DNA of 64,000 nt, taken from positions 8,043 through 72,042 of the IMG/VR virus record IMGVR_UViG_3300029705_000100. One strand, 5' to 3'. Made by a program: the position numbers and the translations under genes. The stretch comes from a virus. Taxonomy: Duplodnaviria > Caudoviricetes. Under the pieces are notes generated by a model. It saw nothing but the letters and a program-made list of their open reading frames with translations, did no database searches and was not told the origin of the DNA. Within the stretch, counting starts at the first letter, position 1. Every line of letters starts with the position of its first letter. Below are positions 1-9,137 of the stretch, piece after piece.

Positions 1-266
1 GATTCTCCTTCAATGATTGTGTTGTGGATGCGTTGAGCGATGGTGCGCGGCGTCAGAGCACATCCGTATACCTTGCCGTCATCCATAAGGATCAACGCTT
101 TGGTCATGCGTCCCGCTGTCAGGTCATGAAATACTTTCTCGTCTTTGGCGGCCTTGCAGAGCCGTCTTGCATTGGCGGACAGCGGCATGAGGATGGCTTC
201 AATGCGATTGGCGCAAAGGACATTGCCAAAGCCAACATGCACAAATCGCTAAGGGGTAAATGCCAT
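1..266 (-). CDS. remA: RemA/DUF370-family regulator homolog, partial (runs off left edge); in-frame TAG at codon 6 (249-251)
   Basis: AGGAG RBS, ATG at 266. MAFTP*RFVHVGFGNVLCANRIEAILMPLSANARRL...DLTAGRMTKALILMDDG...LTPRTIAQRI resembles RemA (INIGFGNIVSANRIIAI...DATYGRRTRAVII). Absent from ORF track because of the TAG. Confidence 0.8.
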
Positions 267-314
267 GAAATATAGCTCCTTCCATTAGGATATAAGCAGG
301 TCTTCAACCTGCGA

Positions 315-401
315 TGGTAGGAGCAGCGGGGATCGAACCCGCACGCCGTTTCCGGCAGCGGTTTTAGAGACCGCCGCGTATGCCAGTTCCGCCATGCTCC
401 C
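315..401 (-). tRNA. Amber suppressor tRNA with Leu identity, anticodon CUA (365-367)
   Basis: GGGAGCA-TG-GCGGAACTGGCATACGC-G-GCGGT-CTCTAAA-ACCGC-TGCCGGAAACGGCGT-GCGGG-TTCGATC-CCCGC-TGCTCCT-A-CCA. Full cloverleaf, 87 nt, encoded CCA, long variable arm, A73, A15:U48, Leu-type D loop. Confidence 0.93.
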
Positions 402-514
402 TTGATAGAGGGACTTTGTTTTGTCCTTCATCTATTAAGGGGGATATTTTGGCAAAAAACTTACAAGGATGAGTGATTTTGTTCGAACATTGATGTGTTG
501 GGAATAGATAGGGT

Positions 515-545
515 AAAAGAAAACAGTCACGAATACTCGTGACTG
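515..545 (-). terminator. Rho-independent terminator between cargo gene and tRNA
   Basis: CAGTCACGA/TCGTGACTG stem followed by TTTTCTTTT on minus strand. Confidence 0.65.
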
Positions 546-557
546 TAGTAGAACGTA

Positions 558-1286
558 TTATTTGAGTGCCTTCATACTCAGAAAGTTACTTTTAGCTTCG
601 TTGTAATCAGATAGTTTTCTATCCCATTCAGTACGGTTTTTGGCATTACGCAATACTTCGTGCAAGGACACATCGTCGAAAAATCTGGTGTCTTCATCAC
701 AGTAGCATTTTTTAGCATATTGCTTGAGGAAAAGTAGTACCGCTTCGCTACAACGCTCTTCTTCATACTCTGGGGGATAATTGTGGATGCATTTCGCCAT
801 ATCGTCAACGAAGTACAGCATGTCGGGTGGAGGATCAAAATCCACAATTTCACCGTCAATTTCAACAGGAACGGGTTTGGTATCGATACCATTTTTCTTT
901 AGCTTATAATCGAAATATGAGCGTAGACTCTCCGCACATACCATTTCATAGTCATACCTGCAAATATCCTTGTATTGTGATAGTAATCTGTCAATGGTGG
1001 TTCGTTCACTTTTCCACAAATACCTTGCATTATGGTCTTTCAAAAGTGAAGTGAGTTCCTTGTATCTTTGCCAAGTTGGTTCATCACTCAAAACCGTCCG
1101 CATCGGGTACAAAACCGACGATTTCAGATTGTTTCTATTACCGAACCTGAAGTATATCGCAGATATTATCCATGAAACAACACCGGATAAGACGACGGAT
1201 ATCAAAGTGAAGATGTTAACGCGGATATTCTCCGGAGCAAAAATCCATTTCAGATAGGATATAACATACGCAATAATCTCTTTCAT
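558..1286 (-). CDS. Hypothetical protein with N-terminal TM helix (cargo)
   Basis: AT-rich ORF, hydrophobic IFTLISVVLSGVVSWIISAIYF; start uncertain (ORF extends to 1346). Confidence 0.6.
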   Translation of the reverse strand: MKEIIAYVISYLKWIFAPENIRVNIFTLISVVLSGVVSWIISAIYFRFGNRNNLKSSVLYPMRTVLSDEPTWQRYKELTSLLKDHNARYLWKSERTTIDRLLSQYKDICRYDYEMVCAESLRSYFDYKLKKNGIDTKPVPVEIDGEIVDFDPPPDMLYFVDDMAKCIHNYPPEYEEERCSEAVLLFLKQYAKKCYCDEDTRFFDDVSLHEVLRNAKNRTEWDRKLSDYNEAKSNFLSMKALK

Positions 1287-1519
1287 GTGACACCGTCCAA
1301 TCAAAGAATGTGCCTTTATAATACAGCAAATGGAGGTATTTTTCAATACTGCTGCAGAGAATTCAGATAATTGAGGCCCAAGCTATGCTTACATAGAATT
1401 ATGAAAAAAGTTCACAACGATAGTGGAAACACAGCTTGAATAGAGGTATATTCATATGAGGTTAGATGCTGAAACATAATATATGATAACTACCGAGGTG
1501 TACAAGCTGAAATATCCTA

Positions 1520-2302
1520 TTGATTAACTCGCAGAGCCGCGTTATACTATATTCGAAGGGAATACAACCGATGATGATTGAGAGGACGAGATATATGAAC
1601 GGTACTATCTATGCAATACGTACGGAAACTTTTCCTAAAAGAAGATTGATCAATAATGACCTATACAGATTGTTTGAACTCGTAGCAAAAAAGTATCAAG
1701 TGATACATGGTAAGCGTGGAAAGGTTATCTATTTATACGACGATGTCTTCGAAGATGTCTACCTTTCAAACACTGTACGGTTTGTGGCTAAATACGCAAC
1801 AAAGTTCATTAGAAAAGTACCACTTCAAGACAATCCTATACATTGTGCAGGAAGGTATGCATCGAAGAATCAAATAATGCTTTTGCTGAATGAAAATAGC
1901 CGGTTTACAAGCGTAAATACTATTTTTATTCTTGTCGTGTTGTTGAAGTTACTCTTACTCGATGAACGCAGTAAAGAATTTAGAAGTCTATCATGTCGGA
2001 AAAAGTCTATCATGCCAGTAACAGAAAAGAACATTATTCCTAACGATATAGAAGATGATATAGCTGTTTCATTTTTGAAACAGCATATAGAAAACTTGCT
2101 CAATGACCCATATTATCGACATTATGTTCCTTCACGACATTTTATATGTGAATATATTATAGATTGTTACGATGAACTGATTGAGCTCGTAGGCAACAAT
2201 GCTATTGACGCATTGCGCAAGGCAAAGAATAAAGCGGAAGGTAATATGGGGATACTTGCTGTACAGCCACTCCAAATGCCGCGTTATCCAGCAACCATGT
2301 AA
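1520..2302 (+). CDS. Hypothetical protein (cargo)
   Basis: 260-aa AT-rich ORF; start uncertain. Confidence 0.55.
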   Translation: MINSQSRVILYSKGIQPMMIERTRYMNGTIYAIRTETFPKRRLINNDLYRLFELVAKKYQVIHGKRGKVIYLYDDVFEDVYLSNTVRFVAKYATKFIRKVPLQDNPIHCAGRYASKNQIMLLLNENSRFTSVNTIFILVVLLKLLLLDERSKEFRSLSCRKKSIMPVTEKNIIPNDIEDDIAVSFLKQHIENLLNDPYYRHYVPSRHFICEYIIDCYDELIELVGNNAIDALRKAKNKAEGNMGILAVQPLQMPRYPATM

Positions 2303-2322
2303 ATGCAATGAGGAGGAGGAGC

Positions 2323-2979
2323 ATGAATAAAAGCCCGTTTGTACCCGAATACCTAAGGAATATGCGTATAAATACATCAGAAAAATGGATGTTTTTTGCG
2401 TCGGGCATCAGTTCATATATTGCGTCCCTTTTTGCAGAAGGATTCGTTGATGAAGGACGACCCTTGTTAGTAAGTTTTATCTTTGGCTGCGGTGTTTTTT
2501 TAGTGCTATTCATATTATCCGTTTGTATTGTTTATTTGAAAAACAATTCATTCTTTTACCGTTATCCAAAATTGAGTGAATATGAGATATGCAGTTTCAT
2601 TAACGAGAAGTTACCGGATGAATTGATGAGAATAAATAACAATATGGCAAACGCTACTGACGATATAAATAAACAGGTTTTATGCCAACACATCTTGTAT
2701 CAACTTGATGTAATTATTGAATTCATTGATACACATGTTAGAGAAAGCTTGATTAGGGGGAAGAATAACAATGGCCATATGACCGGTCGTGCCTATAATC
2801 GCATAACCCCTGATCATTTAGAGGCCGTACTGTGTTGTATATACAGAATACTTGTACAAGTGATTCCTGAAATACCTGACAATACGTATGCAGAGGCACT
2901 GAAAAGACAAGTAAATTGCCTGGCATGTAAACATCTGAAATGTGATTCAATAGAAAAAAGCAAATACATGCCTTTATGA
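2323..2979 (+). CDS. Hypothetical membrane protein (cargo)
   Basis: GAGGAGG RBS, ATG 2323, one or two N-terminal hydrophobic segments. Confidence 0.6.
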   Translation: MNKSPFVPEYLRNMRINTSEKWMFFASGISSYIASLFAEGFVDEGRPLLVSFIFGCGVFLVLFILSVCIVYLKNNSFFYRYPKLSEYEICSFINEKLPDELMRINNNMANATDDINKQVLCQHILYQLDVIIEFIDTHVRESLIRGKNNNGHMTGRAYNRITPDHLEAVLCCIYRILVQVIPEIPDNTYAEALKRQVNCLACKHLKCDSIEKSKYMPL

Positions 2980-3208
2980 ACAAGAAATGAATTTGATATT
3001 TGAGTGTTAGCTTCTTTACTGTATGATGTCGTTTCTTCAAGCAAGCGCTGTTGTAACTAGCAAGTTGGCAATCCAATCTATCTTCACAAGTGAATAGCAG
3101 TGGAGTAAGCCAAAATAATAATATTACCTCAGCCAATCGTAATATAACTTATGATTTGCTGAGGTATATTGTTCTGGTTTTGAACTCGTGTTGAGATTCA
3201 CACAAATA

Positions 3209-3847
3209 TCAATCAGGAGAATACGATTTCTTTCCGTGACAATTTTTGAATTTTTCTCCACTACCGCACGGGCACGGATCATTCCTGCCAACGGTTATGT
3301 TGGATAGTGGATTCCTGTTGTACAATACCAATGCTCGTTCATATATAGCTTGCTCAGCTATAGGTGGCAATCCGATATCTACACTCCCGTCATCATTGGC
3401 ACAATACCTAAATAGCATGGATAAAGCGAACGCGTATGCATCCAGTTCAATTTCCTGCAAAAAATGAAGGCTTGTAGTCTCAGGAGTATTCCTTACATAA
3501 TGATCAAATTCTTGTTGCCATCGGAGAATATTTTCCGGCCTCTCTGCTGCAAAGTTGTTGTCTTTCTGGAACTGTATTTGCTGCATCTGATATATATGGC
3601 GAATTTCGTGCCATATAATGTACATTACATCCTGTTCAGTTGTTGAGCAAAACCAATCAAGATTAACCGTGATTGTTCCATTTGAAGAAGCCACAGCTCC
3701 AATCAGTTGATCGTTGAAATGGTTGATGTTCACTCTTTCAAACGCAAAACGCACTTGTCCACAGTTCAAGAAAGGCATATGCCTCACAGAAAGCATCAAA
3801 AGATGATTAAGATATTCAAAGGCTTTGATTGGTTCAAATTCTCTCAC
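3209..3847 (-). CDS. HExxH metallopeptidase-like protein with C-terminal SEC-C Zn motif
   Basis: [11 protein letters not shown], downstream EIELDAYAF, and [20 protein letters not shown]. Confidence 0.75.
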   Translation of the reverse strand: MREFEPIKAFEYLNHLLMLSVRHMPFLNCGQVRFAFERVNINHFNDQLIGAVASSNGTITVNLDWFCSTTEQDVMYIIWHEIRHIYQMQQIQFQKDNNFAAERPENILRWQQEFDHYVRNTPETTSLHFLQEIELDAYAFALSMLFRYCANDDGSVDIGLPPIAEQAIYERALVLYNRNPLSNITVGRNDPCPCGSGEKFKNCHGKKSYSPD

Positions 3848-4161
3848 TACTCATCCTCCTCCGAACCCATTCTCTCACAGTACCACAAAAATTCGAGGAG
3901 CATTTTATTGTCCAAGTATCGCCTAAGTAGGGCTATACCTTCGCAAGCAAATGCCATACCCATCATCCAGCAGAAAGGTATGTAATCATTCTTAAGTAAT
4001 CTGGAGACACCAACGACTCCGCAAACAATGGCTATTACGCTCCATACAATCGGGATGAAAGGAGATATTGCACAGTATATTATGCGTATAGAGATCATGA
4101 CATTAGATATCTGATCAGAGTGATTCGAATTTCCTTTTTTGGTATGGCACATAGTCTTCAC
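3847..4161 (-). CDS. Small 2-TM protein; ends TAG-TGA double stop
   Basis: Two hydrophobic segments; start uncertain. Confidence 0.5.
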   Translation of the reverse strand: MKTMCHTKKGNSNHSDQISNVMISIRIIYCAISPFIPIVWSVIAIVCGVVGVSRLLKNDYIPFCWMMGMAFACEGIALLRRYLDNKMLLEFLWYCERMGSEEDE

Positions 4162-4316
4162 TCCTACGACGTTGTCTCTGTATAGGGTTTCAATTACGAT
4201 TTATTATAGCATTTTCTCGTCTTTATATCAATCCTCGGAATAAGAGGAAGGAATTGTAATTTATCTCACGAATAATGTATTAGGAACATATATAAACGGC
4301 AAAGAGGAAGGCTTAT

Positions 4317-5180
4317 ATGAGCAATGTGACACTTGAGACCTCTAACTTCGGAGAGCAATTAGGGGCATATGATTTTTTTAACGTTCTTGTATCAGGTTCC
4401 GTATTCTTGTCATCTTTGGCTGGTATACTACTCTGCATCAATGACAATCTGAAGACTCTCCCGGATATATCGATTCTTGAAGGCGTTATTATTTCAGTTG
4501 CTGTTTTTTTTGTTGGACTCATAATTCAAGAATTGGGATCAATAGCGGATCGGTGCATATGGCATGTTAAGGAGTATAACTATCGCAATTTTCTAAAGAA
4601 ATCTTGTCCGGACAAACGAATTATGAGAATGAAGCGGACTTGGAAATATGTTGATAAAATTGCATACAGGCAAGCGCAAAAATCCAATAAGGGAAACTGT
4701 GTGATCCACAACCCAGCACTGCTTTGTTATTATAGAGAGATTGCAAAAGGCATCATTGACAGTCATCCAGTAATAAAGAAGAAAAGTGAGTATTCGGATC
4801 CACTCGAAGATGACAATGTAAATCGTTGCATCTTCAGTTATTGTGAATACTTCGTTTCCTGCCAAGGAAAAGATAAGAAGGTAGAAAAACTTCGTGCGCT
4901 GTTTGCCATGGCACGCTCATTCGCAACATGCTCGTTTTTGGTTGAAGTGTGTTCGTTGATAGCGATAATATACAAGTGCTTGAGCGATAATCTAAACCCA
5001 CTCTCAATTTATACAAATCCAGACCTACAAAAATTGTCAGCAGTGTGCATAGTATGTCTTGTGTCGTATCAGTTATTTAGAAGCAGAATGACCAAAATGA
5101 TGCGCTATATGATTCTGATATTGATGGGAAACTACAATGCATGCATCATCTCTCAAGAATTTGAGCGTAAAGGCTCTTAA
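4317..5180 (+). CDS. Multi-TM hypothetical protein (cargo)
   Basis: 287 aa; N-terminal AYDFFNVLVSG plus 2 TM, two further C-terminal TM segments. Confidence 0.65.
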   Translation: MSNVTLETSNFGEQLGAYDFFNVLVSGSVFLSSLAGILLCINDNLKTLPDISILEGVIISVAVFFVGLIIQELGSIADRCIWHVKEYNYRNFLKKSCPDKRIMRMKRTWKYVDKIAYRQAQKSNKGNCVIHNPALLCYYREIAKGIIDSHPVIKKKSEYSDPLEDDNVNRCIFSYCEYFVSCQGKDKKVEKLRALFAMARSFATCSFLVEVCSLIAIIYKCLSDNLNPLSIYTNPDLQKLSAVCIVCLVSYQLFRSRMTKMMRYMILILMGNYNACIISQEFERKGS

Positions 5181-5295
5181 ACATAGACCAAAAACAATAG
5201 CTCGATCATGATATAACCTTCTGATTGTTATCCAATGATCAAGCTATTGTTTTACTTATTAGTTGTGGTGAGGATCACCGGGCCCGAACCCGCAT

Positions 5296-6237
5296 GGGTA
5301 CTGTCAAGAGTTGTGCGCAAATTCGTTCACAGGCATCCAGTGAAATCAGCCGTCAGGCAATAGAGGCGTCGCTCAAAGCGGCCTCCAAGTGCTTCATGTT
5401 CATGTATTTCTTACTGCCCCATTGAGTACCTGCGACATGGCGCAGGCGGGCACAGACGAGCATCAGCGCGGAATTGCCGTCGGGGAAGGTTCCGACTACT
5501 CTGGTTCGCCGTCGGATCTCGCGGTTCAGGCGTTCAATGACGTTGTTCGTGCGGATCCAGGTCCAATGCTCGGAGGGGAAATCGCAGTAGGTCAGCGTTT
5601 CTTCAATGCTGTCTTCCACCCTCTTCGCCGCCTCTTTCAGTTTTATCTCGCGGAGTTCAGCGATGACTGCTTTAGCTTTTTCTCGCGCTGCCTTTTTGCT
5701 TTCCTGTGCATGAATCGCCTTGAGCATCTTCGCCACCAGCTTCACCTTCGGACGCGGCACGACGGAAAACACATTGCGGTAGAAATGTACTATGCAGCGC
5801 TGGTATTTCGCATCCGGAAATACCTCGCCGACTAGCCTCCAGCATGCCCAGACATTTGTCGCCCACTATCAGCTTTACGCCCTCCAGACCGCGTCCCTTC
5901 AGCCACTGGAAGAAGCTGACCCAGCTGGCCTTATCCTCCTTCATGCCCTCTGCGGCCCCCAGAATCTCGCGATATCCGTCTTCATTGACCGCAATCGCCA
6001 CCAGAATGGCCACATTTTCGTATTCTCCGCCCCAGTTCCGGCGCAAATAGATGTCGTCCACATACACATACGGATATTTTCCACCCTGCAGCGGTCGGTT
6101 ACTTCCTCGTTCAGTGTTACAATCTTCTCAGACATGGTTCCCAGGCTCCTTTCAGAATGTGTAGTGTCGCGACTTCATTCTACCACTTGCCTGTCAACCA
6201 TGTCTATTTCTTTTTGCGCAACTTATTGTACCTTATC
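5296..6237 (-). pseudogene. IS256-family element, internally deleted and frameshifted transposase
   Basis: MSEKIVTLNEEV N-terminus joined directly to the YVD..YLRRNWGGEYENVAILVAIAVNEDGYRE region; frameshift near 5830; C-terminal IRTNNVIERLNREIRRRTRVVGTFP. Ends approximate. Confidence 0.85.
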
Positions 6238-6397
6238 GACATATTTCTTTTTTGCACTACAAATTGTGCATTATCTGTAACCGTCAAATAATCCCTCGTG
6301 AGAATTGTCGCTATCTATCGCGATATCTCGATATCTACAAAAAAGGCTCAGAAGTATCCGGTCAAACGGTACCACTGAGTCTTTTTGTATAAGGCTG

Positions 6398-8047
6398 TTA
6401 TCGGCAAAGCTTCTGTAGCTGCTGATTCCATGGCGCAAGCATATCCAGGAAGTCACAGGAATACCGCCCACCAGCGCAAGGCATTTGCTCCAGCAGGTAT
6501 TTCAGATATTTGTATGGATCCAGTCCGTTGGCTTTCGCCGTTTCCACAATGCTGTAGACTGCAGCACTGGCTGTGGCTCCGTTCGGCGTATTGCAGAACA
6601 GCCAGTTCTTCCGGCCCATCACGAATGGACGGATGGCGTTTTCATCCAGATTGTTCGAGATCGGAATCCGTCCATTCAGCAGGAAACTGCCGAGAATCTG
6701 CTTCTGGCCGGTGGCGTAGCCTACTGCCTTGCTCAGCGGTGAATTCCGCAGCGCGTCAATGCTGCTGCACCATGTCCAGAATGCTTCCAGCACGGGTCGG
6801 CTTCGTTTTTCGCGTTCCGTCTGCCGTTCTGCCGGAGAAAGTCCTGCGAATTCACGCTCCAGCATGAACAGTTTTTCGCAGAATTCAAAGCCTTCCTTCG
6901 CTTTGCTGCCCTGTGCCTGTTCTCCGTTCGGATCGCTGCCGGGAATTGCTTCGAGAAATTTCCGGCGCACATGTGCCCAGCAGCCGCAGCGGGTTCCGTT
7001 TGTTACCTTGCTGTACCCTGCGTAGCCGTCCGTGACAAAGTATCCATCATACCCTTCGAGGAACTTCTTTGCATAGTCCCCGGAGCGTCCCGGCTGGTAG
7101 TCGAATAGAACAATCTGCTTCTCTTCATGTTCACCGCTCCGGTAGGCCCACATGTAGGACTCGCTGGTCGGCGTCCTTCCCGGCTCCTTCAGCACCTGTA
7201 CTGTGGTTTCGTCGCAGTGCAGAACACTGCTCTTCAGTAGTTCCGTTTTCATATGCTTCCATAGCGGGGCAAAGTAGTCTCTGTCAACCGCCAGCACCCA
7301 GTTCGCCAGCGTTGCACGGTTCATCTTAAGGCCTGCTCTCTCCCAGTCCTGCACCTGCCGGTACATCGGAATGGCCATGACATATTTGTCGTACAGCACC
7401 TGTGCTACAGTACTGGCGCTGGCTATACTGTGCTTCAGTACGGGATATCTGTGTCCCTCCGGAACATCTGCCTTTACGAGAACCATTCCCGGTCTGTTTT
7501 CACATTTGGCACAGACATCCATGTCCGCACGTTCACAGCCTTCACACTCCGGCATACCATCTTCACAGCCGCGGCAGGCGTAGGTCGCGCGGTAATACTC
7601 GTGAACCTTTACCTGTGCAGGAATATATTCGCACTCCTTGCGGATATACTCCCTGCCGATTTTCTCAAGGGCATGTCCGCAGCGGCGGCAGACCTGCTCT
7701 TCTGCCGGGAGCTCGTATTCATGAATCTCCACCGGCAGCCCGTCCAGCAGTTCCTCACGGCTGCGTTTCCTGGCTCGCTTGTGCGATTTCACTTCAACCG
7801 TGCTTTCTGGGAGCGCTGTCGGATCTTTTGCTTTGGCGTCCGCTGCATCCTCTGCTTCGTTGAAGATGCTCAGCTGTTCGCAGTCCGCCGGGAGCACAGT
7901 CAGCGGCTTCTGTTTTTCGCTCTTGCTCCCGAAATGTGCCTTCTGCAGATTACGGTACATGGCGCTCATATTTTCCAGACGATTCTCCAGATACGTTATG
8001 TACTCCTTCGCTTCGGGCGACAGCGTTCTTTCGTCCGGACGTTCCAT
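6398..8047 (-). CDS. tnpC: IS66 DDE transposase TnpC
   Basis: LHCDETTVQVL, CWAHVRRKF, ISNNLDENAIRPFVMGRKNWLF, LLPW-like end. Confidence 0.92.
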   Translation of the reverse strand: MERPDERTLSPEAKEYITYLENRLENMSAMYRNLQKAHFGSKSEKQKPLTVLPADCEQLSIFNEAEDAADAKAKDPTALPESTVEVKSHKRARKRSREELLDGLPVEIHEYELPAEEQVCRRCGHALEKIGREYIRKECEYIPAQVKVHEYYRATYACRGCEDGMPECEGCERADMDVCAKCENRPGMVLVKADVPEGHRYPVLKHSIASASTVAQVLYDKYVMAIPMYRQVQDWERAGLKMNRATLANWVLAVDRDYFAPLWKHMKTELLKSSVLHCDETTVQVLKEPGRTPTSESYMWAYRSGEHEEKQIVLFDYQPGRSGDYAKKFLEGYDGYFVTDGYAGYSKVTNGTRCGCWAHVRRKFLEAIPGSDPNGEQAQGSKAKEGFEFCEKLFMLEREFAGLSPAERQTEREKRSRPVLEAFWTWCSSIDALRNSPLSKAVGYATGQKQILGSFLLNGRIPISNNLDENAIRPFVMGRKNWLFCNTPNGATASAAVYSIVETAKANGLDPYKYLKYLLEQMPCAGGRYSCDFLDMLAPWNQQLQKLCR

Positions 8048-8164
8048 GACACCGCCTCCTGCGTCTTTTTCTTCCAACTCCATTATATCACGATCCGGCA
8101 GACAGAACAAATGACCGGCGCGCAGCAGCACCGGCCAAAATTCGAAAAGTATTAAATCTCTGTG

Positions 8165-8524
8165 TCACACCAGATCTTTGGCACTGACATTTTTGTGCGC
8201 TTTGGGCTGAACGATGCTCAGGCCTTCCATGAGCCAGCGATACTGCTGCGGGGTAAGTTGCTGCACTTCTTCACGGGTACGCGGCCATTGATAGCGACCG
8301 TTCTCCAGACGTTTGTACAGCAGCACAAATCCGTCTCCGTCCCAGAACAATGCCTTGAACCGGTCGCTCCTTTTGCCGCAGAACAGAAAGACTGCCTGCT
8401 GTCTGGGATCCAGTCTGAACTGCTGCTGCACCTGCGCTGCCAGTCCGTTGATTCCACGGCGCATATCTGTGTATCCGCAGGCAATATATATCGCGCCGAT
8501 CTGACTCAGATCCAGCGTCTTCAT
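8165..8524 (-). CDS. tnpB: IS66 accessory protein TnpB (Orf2)
   Basis: IYIACGYTDMRRGINGL...FLFCGKRSDRFKALFWDGDGFVLLYKRLENGRYQWP. Confidence 0.92.
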   Translation of the reverse strand: MKTLDLSQIGAIYIACGYTDMRRGINGLAAQVQQQFRLDPRQQAVFLFCGKRSDRFKALFWDGDGFVLLYKRLENGRYQWPRTREEVQQLTPQQYRWLMEGLSIVQPKAHKNVSAKDLV

Positions 8525-8904
8525 CTCAGCATCTCCAGAACCTGACGCAGCAGCGTTACGTCCGCTCCATTCCGGATTTCTATGCTCCATTCGCCTTTGC
8601 GCAGAATGATCTGCGCAGCTTCAACAGCGTCCGCCTGTTGTGCTTCGCGATATGGAACCGGTTCGAAGTTTACTGGAACCAACTGCCTTTCTTCCGCCTG
8701 GATCATCTGCGATCCTATGCTTTTCACGGGCAGTTTTCTGCTTTCCTGTTCCCATACCAACCTCTGCCGACGATAATATGTCGCAACCGGCATACTGTGC
8801 TCTCTGCACCATGCCGCTACCGTCTGACCGCTATTCCGGCAGTCATGTACCATTTCCCGCCACTGCTTCAGTATTGCTTCACGTTTTGCATCCTGTAGTT
8901 TCAT
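8521..8904 (-). CDS. tnpA: IS66 TnpA (HTH)
   Basis: WREMVHDCRNSGQTVAAWCREH; ATGA overlap with tnpB. Confidence 0.85.
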   Translation of the reverse strand: MKLQDAKREAILKQWREMVHDCRNSGQTVAAWCREHSMPVATYYRRQRLVWEQESRKLPVKSIGSQMIQAEERQLVPVNFEPVPYREAQQADAVEAAQIILRKGEWSIEIRNGADVTLLRQVLEMLR

Positions 8905-9100
8905 CCCATCCGCCCTCTCATGAGAGTTAGCGCTATCTCTCGCTATATCGCGCGATTCTATTATCTCATGGGAATTTTCGGCGCGGGGAGACGGGGGATT
9001 ATTTGACGCTTACCATTATCTCGATGATGGTGGTGTCTAGTAACTATGGCTAGAATAAGAACCAATGCGATCTTTCTTTTACTTCATCTCATCTATGATT

Positions 9101-9132
9101 AAAGCCACTTTGCAGAGGAGCAAAGTGGCTTC
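9101..9132 (+). terminator. Terminator-like hairpin used as the group IIC intron target
   Basis: AAGCCACTTTGC-agagga-GCAAAGTGGCTT, ending 5 nt before the intron 5' end. Confidence 0.8.
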
Positions 9133-9137
9133 TTTGA

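Larger units (their letters stand above)
6277..9013 (-). mobile_element. IS66-family insertion sequence, apparently intact
   Basis: TIRs GTAACCGTCAAATAATCCC / GTAAGCGTCAAATAATCCC; 8-bp target duplication CATTATCT (6269-6276 and 9014-9021); three-ORF layout. Confidence 0.95.

Noticed and set aside
315-401. tRNA as Gln-, Tyr-, Ser- or pyrrolysine-type amber decoder
   Set aside because: The long variable arm excludes Gln and Pyl types; A73 argues against Ser; A15:U48 and the D loop fit Leu rather than Tyr; TAG sites in proteins are Leu-like. No pyl genes seen.
315-401. tRNA as host gene marking the prophage attachment site
   Set aside because: No duplicated tRNA 3' end found in the window, and a TAG-containing gene continues beyond it, so it appears internal to the phage.
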